Shown here one piece after another: positions 19,966 to 29,820 of a DNA stretch of 64,000 nucleotides. The first letter of the stretch is position 1; the number at the start of each line of letters is the position of its first letter. Origin of the DNA: a virus. Below the pieces are notes generated by a model. The model did not search any database, was not told where the DNA came from, and saw nothing but the letters and a program-made list of their open reading frames with translations. The stretch is taken from IMG/VR virus record IMGVR_UViG_3300011113_000747, positions 96,001-160,000 of that record. The stretch is one strand, 5' to 3'. A program made the position numbers and the translations under genes.

Positions 19966-21378
19966 ATGGCAATTGATTATATTTTAAAATACGGTAATGC
20001 GGCTGATGAAAAAACTAAAAAAGGCGACAAACTTCTTGCCATACCACCTATTATAGCTGAGCCAAAAGCTTCAGGGTTAATAGATGTAATATCTGATTGT
20101 CAATTGTTTGCAAATAAAATTCCAGAGGCTGGTAAAAGTAAAATACCTTACATATTTTTTGAAGAATTTGATTTAACTGGTAACCCTCTTTTAACACAGT
20201 TTCAGTATTTGAATAATTTTTTACCTGAGTTTTTAACCTTACAGGGTAATAAGACAGCACCTACAACATCACCCCAACCTCAAGGTGGGTTGGGTGCGAG
20301 TACTTTTAATTATTTTTTCCCAAATTTTGCCAAAGCATTAAAAGTTGCAGATGGTGATCTATCACAACTTACTGATGAAACTGTTAGAAATATTTATGAG
20401 GAACTACAAAAGGTTACAGCTAGTTCAATTAATAAAGATTTTATAACTCTAAGTCCATATAGTGGGATGTATGCTCTAAACCCAACAAAATTTCAATATA
20501 TAATGCCTTATTATGATAATAAGATGCAAAATATAGGTAATAAGTTTAATGACTCGTTTACTAGTTTTTTTGGAGGTGAGGGTACTGGTCTTAGTAAAGC
20601 TGGTATACCAGGCACAAATCTTTTTGAAAAAGCAAAAGATCTTTTTGGAACATATTTAACCCTTTCAAATATTACTCAACCCTCTGCATATGTAGAATTT
20701 CCAAAATATTTTGCACCTGGGGAGTATGAAACTTATACAGTTAAATTTCAGCTTCTTAATACAATTGAACAAGATGCTATTCAGAAACACTATGACTTTT
20801 TATTTTTATTAGCGTTTCAAAACTTACCATTTAGAGAATCAATAATACGAGTTAGACCATGTAAGCTGTATTTTGTTGTAATACCAGGCACTCTAACTTT
20901 ACCATACTGTTTTATGGAATCAATTAATATTGATTATGTTGGTAATAGAAGAATGTTACAATTAGATAAATTTAATTTTAATGGTGATAAAATAGAAAAA
21001 ACAAAAACAGAATGCATTGTACCAGATTGTTATTCTGTAACAATAACATTTAGATCTTTATTGCGACCTGCTTCAAACTTTATGTTAACACCTAACATTA
21101 ATGTAAGAACAGCAATACCAACAAACAATATTACACCAGGAATAACACCAACATCACTATTACAAGAACAGAAGCCAGCACTCTTTACACGGGAAGCTCA
21201 ACAGCGAAGAGCTGAAGCGGCGGTTAAAAACTACATTGATAACCCAGATGCACGTGCGGCGCGCCCACAAACAAATACTAGAACACTACCAAGAGAATCA
21301 GCGGAGCCTTCACTTTCTTTACCAGATAATAACGCTGTTCAAAATTTAATTAATACAATAACAGGAGGTTTACAATAA
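19966..21378 (+). CDS. baseplate tail-tube cap protein (gp48-like)
   Basis: YTVKFQLLN...LPYCFMESINIDY...SVTITF tube-fold pattern; follows tape measure. Confidence 0.45.
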   Translation: MAIDYILKYGNAADEKTKKGDKLLAIPPIIAEPKASGLIDVISDCQLFANKIPEAGKSKIPYIFFEEFDLTGNPLLTQFQYLNNFLPEFLTLQGNKTAPTTSPQPQGGLGASTFNYFFPNFAKALKVADGDLSQLTDETVRNIYEELQKVTASSINKDFITLSPYSGMYALNPTKFQYIMPYYDNKMQNIGNKFNDSFTSFFGGEGTGLSKAGIPGTNLFEKAKDLFGTYLTLSNITQPSAYVEFPKYFAPGEYETYTVKFQLLNTIEQDAIQKHYDFLFLLAFQNLPFRESIIRVRPCKLYFVVIPGTLTLPYCFMESINIDYVGNRRMLQLDKFNFNGDKIEKTKTECIVPDCYSVTITFRSLLRPASNFMLTPNINVRTAIPTNNITPGITPTSLLQEQKPALFTREAQQRRAEAAVKNYIDNPDARAARPQTNTRTLPRESAEPSLSLPDNNAVQNLINTITGGLQ

Positions 21379-21385
21379 TATTGAT

Positions 21386-21754
21386 ATGGAAGCATTATTT
21401 AAAAACAATCAAATACAAATTTTACCAACAATATCTAAGTTTAGATATGAAAATATTTTTAATGTTTATAAGTTTGCAAATTTTAACAAAGAGTTTTATT
21501 ACTATAATATAACTAACAAATTACAACTACCAGAAAAAATAGACAAGGTTTTTTTAAACTCTATTACTTTTGATTCGACAATACCACTCACAATTGCATC
21601 CCATAGAATTTATGGTAATCAATTTTTATGGTATTTACTTTATACCCTCAATACCAACACATCTAAACCTAGATTTTTTGTGGAAGCTGGTGAAGAAATT
21701 ATCTACATCAAACCTGAATTTTTAGATACAATAATAAGTAGATTAAATGGTTGA
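21386..21754 (+). CDS. baseplate wedge protein (gp53-like)
   Basis: TIASHRIYGNQFLWYLLYTLN LysM-like gp53 motif. Confidence 0.6.
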   Translation: MEALFKNNQIQILPTISKFRYENIFNVYKFANFNKEFYYYNITNKLQLPEKIDKVFLNSITFDSTIPLTIASHRIYGNQFLWYLLYTLNTNTSKPRFFVEAGEEIIYIKPEFLDTIISRLNG

Positions 21755-23159
21755 AGAAATTAAACTTAACGAAGCAAAATATTGGTTTGAAGCAAAGTTC
21801 GCTTCAAATAGTATAGTCACTGACTTAAACAATAAAATTTCTAGTTCAAACCCTAAATTTTTACCTGCTTCAATTAGCCTTTTTGATATGATTGAGGTGA
21901 GTGAAAATTTATTTGCTCGATTTACTAAAGTAAACTTAGGGATTGGTACATTAGGTGGTGGTATTGAAAGTTCAATATTACCTTTTAGTTTTAAATCAAA
22001 TAATACTAATATATTTGATATGACTTTAACCAATGAACTTGCAGGTGGGCCAAAATTACTTAATTCTACACGCGATCCAAATGTTGAGCATAATATACTT
22101 TCTTTTTTGGGTGTTATAAATAGTGGTGCAAATATAGGTACAGAAAAAAATATTTCAACATTTAACACATACGAATGTAAATCTATCGTAGAAGCTAATT
22201 TAGATGAAATTAAAATTAACACCACCATTTTTAACTTCATAGATAGAAATAAAACTATAAGTGAAAATTTGAAAGATATTTTATCTCTTGTTTTATCTGA
22301 TAATGAGATAGATAGTGTTTCATTTACGAGAGGTTATACTAAATTTCCAGAACCTTACATATATCCAAATCATTTTAGTGCTTTAGATGCACTATGCTTT
22401 TTATTGCCGTTTAATCTTACAAACGATACAAAAGGAATAACATCACAGCTTCTTATTTCTTATGATCGTGTAACAAGAAAATACAAGTTAATTTCACCAT
22501 TAGATGCTTTTATTGATAAATTTACACCCGAACAATTTACAATAACAACACAATCCACCAATGAAGGTCAAAACAAATCCCCATCATTGTTTGCACCAGC
22601 AAATGGTACATTTACCGTACGTGGTAATAACTCTATAGATAGTTACTTTTTTAGTGATGTCCATTATGATACAAGTAATAGTAAATTTGTTACGACATTT
22701 ATTACAACACCAAATAACCTAACAGGTACAAGTAGTAGTTTGGTAAAACTACAGGATGAAGTTGGAAATTACGAAAATGCTATTTTACCTTTAATACAAA
22801 GCCAGTATGGTAATAAAGCTAAACTTAATGTAGCTCTTGATCCAATAAAAATTACCAATTCATCGTATAGGGTGTTTAGAAGTCCGTATGATTTAAAACT
22901 AACCACAGATATTGTAAAAGCACAGATGTATAATTATTTCATGTTTGATAACATGCAACTTAAAATAACTGTACCAGGTCAAATTTATAGACAACCAGGA
23001 ACATTAATCATTATTGATAAAGATAGAAATGTGTCTGGTGGTGAATTTGATAAAAAAATAATTGGTCATTGGTATGTTATGGAAGTAAAACATACCTTCA
23101 ACAATAAAGGTTCATATATTAATGAACTTTATTGTTGCAAACCATTTATCCAGGAATAA
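21747..23159 (+). CDS. baseplate hub protein (gp27-like)
   Basis: C-terminal ITVPGQIYRQPG...DKKIIGHWYVMEVKHTF...NELYCCK pattern of hub/late-control proteins. Confidence 0.55.
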   Translation: MVEEIKLNEAKYWFEAKFASNSIVTDLNNKISSSNPKFLPASISLFDMIEVSENLFARFTKVNLGIGTLGGGIESSILPFSFKSNNTNIFDMTLTNELAGGPKLLNSTRDPNVEHNILSFLGVINSGANIGTEKNISTFNTYECKSIVEANLDEIKINTTIFNFIDRNKTISENLKDILSLVLSDNEIDSVSFTRGYTKFPEPYIYPNHFSALDALCFLLPFNLTNDTKGITSQLLISYDRVTRKYKLISPLDAFIDKFTPEQFTITTQSTNEGQNKSPSLFAPANGTFTVRGNNSIDSYFFSDVHYDTSNSKFVTTFITTPNNLTGTSSSLVKLQDEVGNYENAILPLIQSQYGNKAKLNVALDPIKITNSSYRVFRSPYDLKLTTDIVKAQMYNYFMFDNMQLKITVPGQIYRQPGTLIIIDKDRNVSGGEFDKKIIGHWYVMEVKHTFNNKGSYINELYCCKPFIQE

Positions 23160-23167
23160 ATTTTTAT

Positions 23168-25000
23168 ATGCCTTCTTATCTACACCTCACACCTGAAGCA
23201 CTTACTATGCGTTTTCGAACAAAACAGCAAGTAAAAAATTCAGATTTATGTGGTCTCGTTGATGATAATTTACCAGATGATTTGTTTATTTTAAAGGGTG
23301 ATGAGCTAGATATAGTAGAACCAGAAGGAACGTTAAATAAAGACTTTGCATTAGCTTTAGGTTTTAATCAAATAACCGACGCTAACAAAGCTAAACAAGT
23401 GGCTAAATTACTAGTATTAAATGGTCCGGGGTTGGACCCATACACAATTAATTATTATACTAGAAGATTAAAAAATGGACCATACGGCACCATTGTTACA
23501 ACACATATTCAAACTAATTTTATAGCAGCTGCAGGTGGTAATAACTACGTACCATTTCAAAACTCTTTAGGTAATATATCAGATGTAGATAATGATTTTG
23601 TTGCAACACTAAAGGAAAAACTAGGTGCACTAGATTGTTTTTTAACACCTGCAAATTATTTTAATTTTCAGGGTATATATGGCGCTTTAGCAGAAAAGCA
23701 AGGTACATGGAATTACACAACATCACCTGCATGGGATACCAACAACAAACAAACATTAGGTCAAGAAGGTTATCAAACTGCTAAAAAAATGCCACCCATT
23801 TTTCAGGCAGTTACTGGTGCTCTTAATTTTGCATCATTAGGTACATATAAAAAGGCTCTTAAATTATTTTACACAAAAGAGCAGCTTGAAAAGCAAAAAC
23901 AAGAATTTGAAGCAGCAAACTCTCAAAGAAAACAAACTAATGGTGATCAACTTACACCGGATATATCAACAGCAAAAGTTATACAAGAAGCTGCTACAGA
24001 TGTTTTAACTTCAATTGCACAATTTTTAGGAGATACTGTACGAATTTTTGAATTTAAAAATATTAACCCATACCAGTATGTTAACGACCCTATAAACCCT
24101 GGTAATAATGCGCAGCGCTCCCAACCACCCGGTATGGTAGGCCCACAACCAAGTGCTACAAATACACCACTTAATAAGTCCCTTGCATCAGCTGATATAA
24201 TAGTTAAAGATCAAAATATTTCTAATAGATTATTTGACTTTACAGTGGTTACGAACATACCACCATCTACCAATACATCAGCACCATATGCACCCAAACT
24301 TACCACCTATGAAAACTATTCCAGTGGTAATACAAACCCTGTTAGTGTATTTGTAAGTAAAGATTTAGGTCTGAACATAGGTACACAAGTATATAGTGAA
24401 AAATTAACGTTAAATGGTAAGATAATACCACTTGTGGTAAGTGGTTACATCCAAGACAGCAATGATACAACAAGAGTGCAAATACTTGCAAGTAATCCTA
24501 ATTTAGCTCTTAATGTACAAAGAAGTGCGTTAATAACAACTGACGATAAAGGTAATAATCAAGTGTGCGTTGCACCTTCACCTACTAGTTCATTTATCAC
24601 TCAAGAAGGTTATATACCAGGTAGTGTTAGAATCGATACCGATGGTATATCAAAACCACCATTTTATGATCCTGATTATCAGCCAAATACCTCCTATCTT
24701 AATGGGGTATTGGACGCTAACATAGATAACTATGTGGTTGTACCTATAGGTAGTGATATACCACTCGGAACAAGAGTAAAACTTACAAATACTATAACAA
24801 ATAAAACTATTAATGCATTTGTGGGTGATAGAGGACCATCACAGAATGGATTAGGTGAAATGTCTCTTAATGCAGCTCGTGAATTGGGTGTGTGGCCGGT
24901 ACCTGGAGCTAAAAATTTAAATTCTGCACTGCAAAATCAACCTATTAAATGGGAGTTTGATCTTACATCTCCTAAAGTAATTAAAAAAGATATAAGATAA
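23168..25000 (+). CDS. tail-associated protein with C-terminal GH75 chitosanase-like domain
   Basis: IDTDG...YQPNTS...LDA...YVVVP...LGT...AFVGDRGP...LGEMS...A.ELG matches my recollection of GH75; start revised to ATG 23168. Confidence 0.55.
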   Translation: MPSYLHLTPEALTMRFRTKQQVKNSDLCGLVDDNLPDDLFILKGDELDIVEPEGTLNKDFALALGFNQITDANKAKQVAKLLVLNGPGLDPYTINYYTRRLKNGPYGTIVTTHIQTNFIAAAGGNNYVPFQNSLGNISDVDNDFVATLKEKLGALDCFLTPANYFNFQGIYGALAEKQGTWNYTTSPAWDTNNKQTLGQEGYQTAKKMPPIFQAVTGALNFASLGTYKKALKLFYTKEQLEKQKQEFEAANSQRKQTNGDQLTPDISTAKVIQEAATDVLTSIAQFLGDTVRIFEFKNINPYQYVNDPINPGNNAQRSQPPGMVGPQPSATNTPLNKSLASADIIVKDQNISNRLFDFTVVTNIPPSTNTSAPYAPKLTTYENYSSGNTNPVSVFVSKDLGLNIGTQVYSEKLTLNGKIIPLVVSGYIQDSNDTTRVQILASNPNLALNVQRSALITTDDKGNNQVCVAPSPTSSFITQEGYIPGSVRIDTDGISKPPFYDPDYQPNTSYLNGVLDANIDNYVVVPIGSDIPLGTRVKLTNTITNKTINAFVGDRGPSQNGLGEMSLNAARELGVWPVPGAKNLNSALQNQPIKWEFDLTSPKVIKKDIR

Positions 25001-25002
25001 GA

Positions 25003-25467
25003 TTAACCAATATCGGTAGGTGTTACATCTCTGATATTTTCACTATCTGCAATAAGCTGTTTCATTAAATCTTCTCTAGAAAGAAGTAGTCTAGTCTGAT
25101 TATCTTGGATATTCATCTCTTTACGAGCTTTAATATCCATTTCTTTAAGTTCAACAGAAGTCTTAATCTTCTCTTTAGATTGTAATAGCTTATTCAATGA
25201 CTCTAGAGCTGCTGATGACGCTTTAACTACTTCAGCAAATGCTAATATTTCTCTATCACTAGCACCAGCTTGAATATAATCTTTAAGATTTTCAACTGCC
25301 TCCATTGATTGTGTTACCAACGTAGCAGAGTTATCAAGTACAAATTTTTCCAAGTTTTCAGCTGCTAACTCGGTTTTTGTAGATTGGGGTGGTTTGGTTG
25401 TTAGAGATGATTGTAATTGATCTAGTATTGAATCGCCTATTTTCTCTAATTCGTCATCATTTTCCAT
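25003..25467 (-). CDS. probable terminase small subunit (gp16-like)
   Basis: Helical N..LV.....A...L...REI..AEVVK...L..L...NQT.L.SREDLMKQL resembles gp16; TAAATA 6 nt upstream. Confidence 0.5.
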   Translation of the reverse strand: MENDDELEKIGDSILDQLQSSLTTKPPQSTKTELAAENLEKFVLDNSATLVTQSMEAVENLKDYIQAGASDREILAFAEVVKASSAALESLNKLLQSKEKIKTSVELKEMDIKARKEMNIQDNQTRLLLSREDLMKQLIADSENIRDVTPTDIG

Positions 25468-25473
25468 TTAAAT

Positions 25474-25479
25474 TATTTA
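25474..25479 (-). promoter_or_regulatory. late promoter TAAATA
   Basis: 6 nt before ATG 25467. Confidence 0.7.
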
Positions 25480-25484
25480 GTTGG

Positions 25485-25512
25485 TTGATTTCAAAAACAA
25501 CTATGGTATAAT
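25485..25512 (+). promoter_or_regulatory. sigma70-type promoter
   Basis: TTGATT-16-TATAAT, 6 nt before dut ATG. Confidence 0.75.
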
Positions 25513-25518
25513 TAGTTT

Positions 25519-25971
25519 ATGAACGAAGAAAGTTATCAACCACCGAATTATAAGTTAGTTTTTGAAAAGACACACCCTGATGCAAAGCTTCCAGTGAAGA
25601 ATCATGATAATGATACAGGCTTTGATGTATTTTGTGTAGAAGATAAATTAATCCCAGCTAGAGGTTCTGCAGTTGTTGATGTTGGTCTTAAATTTGCAAA
25701 CATCCCTCATGGATATTGGGTAAAGGTTGAAGGTCGATCTGGTCTTGGATTTAAGCATGGTATTATTCCGCATCCTGGTATTATCGATAACGGTTACAGA
25801 GGTAATGCTGGTATTAAACTTTACAATCAAACTGATATTGATTACAATGTAAAGGCTGGTGATCGTATTGCTCAGTTTGTTCTTTACCCGCTTGTCTCTT
25901 GTCATGTAGAGTTTGGTGAGGTGCAAGAAACATCTCGTGGTGAAAAAGGTTTTGGATCTTCAGGAAATTAA
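25519..25971 (+). CDS. dut: trimeric dUTPase
   Basis: GFDV, GRSGL, GIIDNGYRG, GDRIAQ, RGEKGFGSSG motifs. Confidence 0.95.
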   Translation: MNEESYQPPNYKLVFEKTHPDAKLPVKNHDNDTGFDVFCVEDKLIPARGSAVVDVGLKFANIPHGYWVKVEGRSGLGFKHGIIPHPGIIDNGYRGNAGIKLYNQTDIDYNVKAGDRIAQFVLYPLVSCHVEFGEVQETSRGEKGFGSSGN

Positions 25972-25980
25972 TTATACTAT

Positions 25981-26082
25981 ATGGGAAAGATACAAAAAGT
26001 TAAAGAGGTAATTCGTAAAGGATATAAAATTCGCAAAACAGTTACCATCACCAAAAAACGCGTCACTAAAAAGAAAAAATGA
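25981..26082 (+). CDS. 33-aa highly basic peptide
   Basis: MGKIQKVKEVIRKGYKIRKTVTITKKRVTKKKK fills the gap; TGA overlaps next ATG (ATGA). Confidence 0.5.
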   Translation: MGKIQKVKEVIRKGYKIRKTVTITKKRVTKKKK

Positions 26083-27008
26083 ATTTAGATAAAATCTGGG
26101 TAGAAAAGTATAGACCGAAAACTATTGATGAACTCATTGTTGAAGAAGATATTAAGTCCATTGTTAGAGACTTTGGTAAAAATGAGCAGATCCCTAATCT
26201 GCTTTTTGTTGGTTCACCAGGCACAGGTAAGACTTCTCTTGCAAAGATTCTAGTTCATGATGTATTGAAATGCAATTATCTTTACATTAATGCATCTGAT
26301 GAGAATGGTATTGATACTATTCGAAGCAAGGTGAGTAACTTTGCTCAAACTAGATCGTTTGATGGTAAAGTTAAGGTTGTTATTCTAGATGAGGCTGATG
26401 GTATTACTGCTCAAGGTCAGCAAGCTCTTCGTAACTTGATGGAGAGTTATAGTGGATATACACGTTTTATTCTTACTGCTAACTTCAAGCATAAGATTAT
26501 TACACCATTGCAATCTCGCTGTCAGAGTCTTAGTCTTAAACCTTCTGTTGAACAAGCAGTCAAACGTTGTTTCTCTATTCTTAAACAAGAGAATATTGAA
26601 CTAGAAGATGATCAGAAGAAGAGGTTTGTCGAGTTAGTTAAAAACTTCTTTCCGGATCTTCGCAAGACAATCAACGAACTTCAGAAGAGTGTTGTAGATG
26701 GTAAGCTTGTTATCAAGCATACACATATTGATAACGAAATTATCAAGACTATTTGCAATTATGTTAATAGTAAACAAACTTTAGAAGCTCGTAAATACTA
26801 TATTGCTAACGAAGATAAGTTTCAGAACGATTACCAAACGTTAATGAAGCAACTTCTTGAATATGTTTATACAGCAGATCTTGCTGAATACAAAAAGAAA
26901 GAGATGATTGCTATTATTGCAGAACATCTCTATCGTAGTGTGTTTGTTGTTGATGGTGAAATTAACTTCTTTGCATGTTTGATTACATGTGAGAAAGTTA
27001 TACCATAA
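26079..27008 (+). CDS. sliding-clamp loader AAA+ subunit (T4 gp44/RFC-like)
   Basis: WVEKYRP, GSPGTGKT, INASDENGID, ILDEAD, LQSRC. Confidence 0.9.
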   Translation: MNLDKIWVEKYRPKTIDELIVEEDIKSIVRDFGKNEQIPNLLFVGSPGTGKTSLAKILVHDVLKCNYLYINASDENGIDTIRSKVSNFAQTRSFDGKVKVVILDEADGITAQGQQALRNLMESYSGYTRFILTANFKHKIITPLQSRCQSLSLKPSVEQAVKRCFSILKQENIELEDDQKKRFVELVKNFFPDLRKTINELQKSVVDGKLVIKHTHIDNEIIKTICNYVNSKQTLEARKYYIANEDKFQNDYQTLMKQLLEYVYTADLAEYKKKEMIAIIAEHLYRSVFVVDGEINFFACLITCEKVIP

Positions 27009-27701
27009 TTACATATCGTCTAAAGCTTTTTGTAAAAACTTTATACCGTCAGCTCTTTGCGCTGGATTTGCCAATAACGCCATTATCTGAGTAAGAGATT
27101 TTTGATTACCATCTGTATCTTCTAATTTATAGGTAGAAGCGCTACCTGGTGGTTGTGTCCAATCACCAATTAAAGCTTTAAGTTTATTTTTCTGTGGTGC
27201 AGTAAGTGTGCCAACTGTTTTATATGTATTGATAATATTCTGCAATGCAACTTTATCACCTGAAGCACCACCACCGCTCATATCTCTCATAGCAAATGCA
27301 ACTGTAATTGCTTCATTAATGTTTTTATCAGTTATAACAGGGGCAGCAAGATATGAACTAAGTGCTGGGTCATTTACATCAGCGCGTATTACATTTTTGA
27401 TAAAATTAGTTACAAATTGTTTATCCGCACCAGTTTTATCATTATATTTTACCCGTTTACTTTGTAAAAATAAAGTTTCAAATTGAGCTTTAGCTTTATT
27501 AATTTGTTGTTGAGATTCTTGATTTGACTCTATTCGTTCTTTTGCACCAGCAAAAGCATAACCAAGAATTGGAATATTAGATGCTTTATTAATTAAATTG
27601 CTTTTAAATCCCTGAAGCATTCTATCCCCCATACCTTGAGGTGCCTTTTCAAGCATCTTCACATAGGCTTCAGCGATTAAGTGTTGATCATATCTATTCA
27701 T
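27009..27701 (-). CDS. late protein, possible head-internal protein
   Basis: N-terminal MNRYDQHLIAEAYVKMLE; ATGA-coupled to 27698..28285. Confidence 0.55.
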   Translation of the reverse strand: MNRYDQHLIAEAYVKMLEKAPQGMGDRMLQGFKSNLINKASNIPILGYAFAGAKERIESNQESQQQINKAKAQFETLFLQSKRVKYNDKTGADKQFVTNFIKNVIRADVNDPALSSYLAAPVITDKNINEAITVAFAMRDMSGGGASGDKVALQNIINTYKTVGTLTAPQKNKLKALIGDWTQPPGSASTYKLEDTDGNQKSLTQIMALLANPAQRADGIKFLQKALDDM

Positions 27702-28285
27702 TTTTTTAACCCCTTTAAATATTCTTTAGTATAAGAATTTACCTGCATTGATTTTGTAGCAGGCTTACTTGAAAGAGTAACATTAGTATTACGAAGTTTT
27801 CTATCACCAAAACCAAGCTTACCATTACCCTTTACATCAGAGTTATTAACGTAAGCTTCTTCATCTGATTCGAGCTCTTCTGGCTTGATATTAACCTTAT
27901 GCTTAATTTCACGTTCAGGTGAAAGTGGGTTGAGATTTGGATATACATCATCTCTAACTAAAAGTGACGGGCAAATGGAAAGATAATCACTATAACGACC
28001 TCCAGCTTGGTCTAAGGCAATATCAACAACGAAATCAAATCCAGAGCTTTGTGGATTCGCTGGGTTAGCATTAGGTTTATAGGATTTAACATTAACAATA
28101 CGCATGTTAAGACCTGAGCTAATCATGTTATCAATAATTGTTTTAATATCATCATTAAGCTCTTTATATGCTTCTTTAGACTTAAAGCCGTCGCTAAACT
28201 TCACGTAATCTCCAACGAGAAAACCACCATTACGCTGATATCTTTGATATACAGATTCAAAAAGCTTGATAAATTTCTTTTCCAT
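27698..28285 (-). CDS. late protein, possible head-internal protein
   Basis: N-terminal MEKKFIKLFES; TAAATA 8 nt upstream; basic C-tail. Confidence 0.55.
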   Translation of the reverse strand: MEKKFIKLFESVYQRYQRNGGFLVGDYVKFSDGFKSKEAYKELNDDIKTIIDNMISSGLNMRIVNVKSYKPNANPANPQSSGFDFVVDIALDQAGGRYSDYLSICPSLLVRDDVYPNLNPLSPEREIKHKVNIKPEELESDEEAYVNNSDVKGNGKLGFGDRKLRNTNVTLSSKPATKSMQVNSYTKEYLKGLKK

Positions 28286-28293
28286 TATGATTA

Positions 28294-28315
28294 TATTTAT
28301 GGCTTTTCATAAATA
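28294..28315. promoter_or_regulatory. back-to-back late promoters
   Basis: TAAATA on minus 28294..28299 (8 nt to ATG 28285) and on plus 28310..28315 (5 nt to ATG 28321). Confidence 0.7.
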
Positions 28316-28320
28316 ATCAT

Positions 28321-29793
28321 ATGACATTTGCAGAATTAGCTCAGAAAATTATCGGTGAAGCAACTACTCCTGATCCAAGAGGTTTAAGAACATCACGCGT
28401 CGGCGCTAGTGATTTCAATCCAATTATTAGACCAGATAAAGATAGAGGTCTTAAAGCAGGTAAGGATGCTCCAGGAGCAGGTGGTGTCGCTGCTAAAAAG
28501 CAACTTAGAAATGCTTTTAGGTTACTCCGAAATGATTCAGATCTTTCTTCAGAAGTTAATGACATTCTTGCTGATTATGCAAGCAAAAGAATGAGTATTA
28601 GCCATGAAGATGAAGTGGTTATCAGAAACAATATTGCTAATATTGACGATAACTCTGCAAAACTTAACAATTATGCTAAAGCTTTGCAGGATCACAATGA
28701 AGGTAAAGCTGTTCTCTCTGATCCAGATAATGTAAAATCAAAGATTCAAGGTCTTAAAGGTGAAATTGCTGATAAAAAAGCTGAACTCAAAGCAGTTCTT
28801 GATAAGGTTGAGTTTTATGCAGAAGATAATGAAGTATTAGAACAAAATCTTCGTAAAAAACTTACAAGGGTTGTTAAGCAAGCAGCTCAAAAATTAATTG
28901 ACAAACTTTCAACACCACAACAACAAGTTTCACAAGTCACATCACTTGATCAACTTGATAAGTTAGTTGCAACTGATGAAGAATTACAGCAACAAGAAAC
29001 AAAATTAGCTGTATTGAAGAGCTTAACAGATGAAAGTCCACAAAATAACATCTTGTTACGTTTCTTAGATTTATTTCTTAACAAATATGAAGATTACAAG
29101 AGTGGTTTATCAATGTCTGGTCCGCTTGCTACCATTGAACTTAACAAAGAGTTTAACAGATTACCACTTTCAGTGTTTGCTAACTTCTATAATTCATCTG
29201 TGAAGGATGCATCTGAAATTAAGTTACTTCCTGCATCTAAAGGAACACAAGCACTTTCAGGTGGCTTCAGAGGCTCACAAGCTGGTAAGAAAGCTGTTAG
29301 CCCTGTTGTTATGCAAGCTAAGAAATTACTTGATGGTAATTTTGGCTCTGGTCAACAAGGTGCTATGCTAAGTGCACTTAGCATGTTCAATAAGGGTGGT
29401 GCTGGTCCAAAAACAATGGAAAAGCTTCGTGCTATTGCTAATGATATTATCAATGGTGTTGAAGGTTCACCTGCTAGACTTGCAAGTATTGTATATGGTA
29501 ACGAAGGTCCAATCACTGAATCATTCAATGATCTTGTAGAACATTATCTTACAGAAGCTAAGAAAGGCGCTCGTTGCACTAAGGTTACAGGGCAGCAAGC
29601 TTCTTCACGCTCAGATAAGAAATATATGAGATGCGCGAGAGTTGATGGTAAGCTTAAGAGAATTCACTATGGTGATCCAAACTTAAGAATCAAGAAGTCC
29701 AATCCTAAGAAGCGTAAGTCTTTTAGAGCACGTCATAAGTGCTCATCTGCTAAACCAGGTACCGCTAAGTATTACTCTTGCAAGAATTGGTAA
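28321..29793 (+). CDS. multi-module late protein with C-terminal basic Cys/His domain
   Basis: N-terminal MTFAELAQKIIGEA; coiled coil; after ITES..YLTEA a K/R-rich domain RKSFRARHKC...YYSCKNW; TAAATA 5 nt upstream. Confidence 0.6.
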   Translation: MTFAELAQKIIGEATTPDPRGLRTSRVGASDFNPIIRPDKDRGLKAGKDAPGAGGVAAKKQLRNAFRLLRNDSDLSSEVNDILADYASKRMSISHEDEVVIRNNIANIDDNSAKLNNYAKALQDHNEGKAVLSDPDNVKSKIQGLKGEIADKKAELKAVLDKVEFYAEDNEVLEQNLRKKLTRVVKQAAQKLIDKLSTPQQQVSQVTSLDQLDKLVATDEELQQQETKLAVLKSLTDESPQNNILLRFLDLFLNKYEDYKSGLSMSGPLATIELNKEFNRLPLSVFANFYNSSVKDASEIKLLPASKGTQALSGGFRGSQAGKKAVSPVVMQAKKLLDGNFGSGQQGAMLSALSMFNKGGAGPKTMEKLRAIANDIINGVEGSPARLASIVYGNEGPITESFNDLVEHYLTEAKKGARCTKVTGQQASSRSDKKYMRCARVDGKLKRIHYGDPNLRIKKSNPKKRKSFRARHKCSSAKPGTAKYYSCKNW

Positions 29794-29809
29794 TAACACA
29801 ACATTTAAC

Positions 29810-29815
29810 TAAATA
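29810..29815 (+). promoter_or_regulatory. late promoter TAAATA
   Basis: 5 nt before ATG 29821. Confidence 0.7.
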
Positions 29816-29820
29816 ATAAT

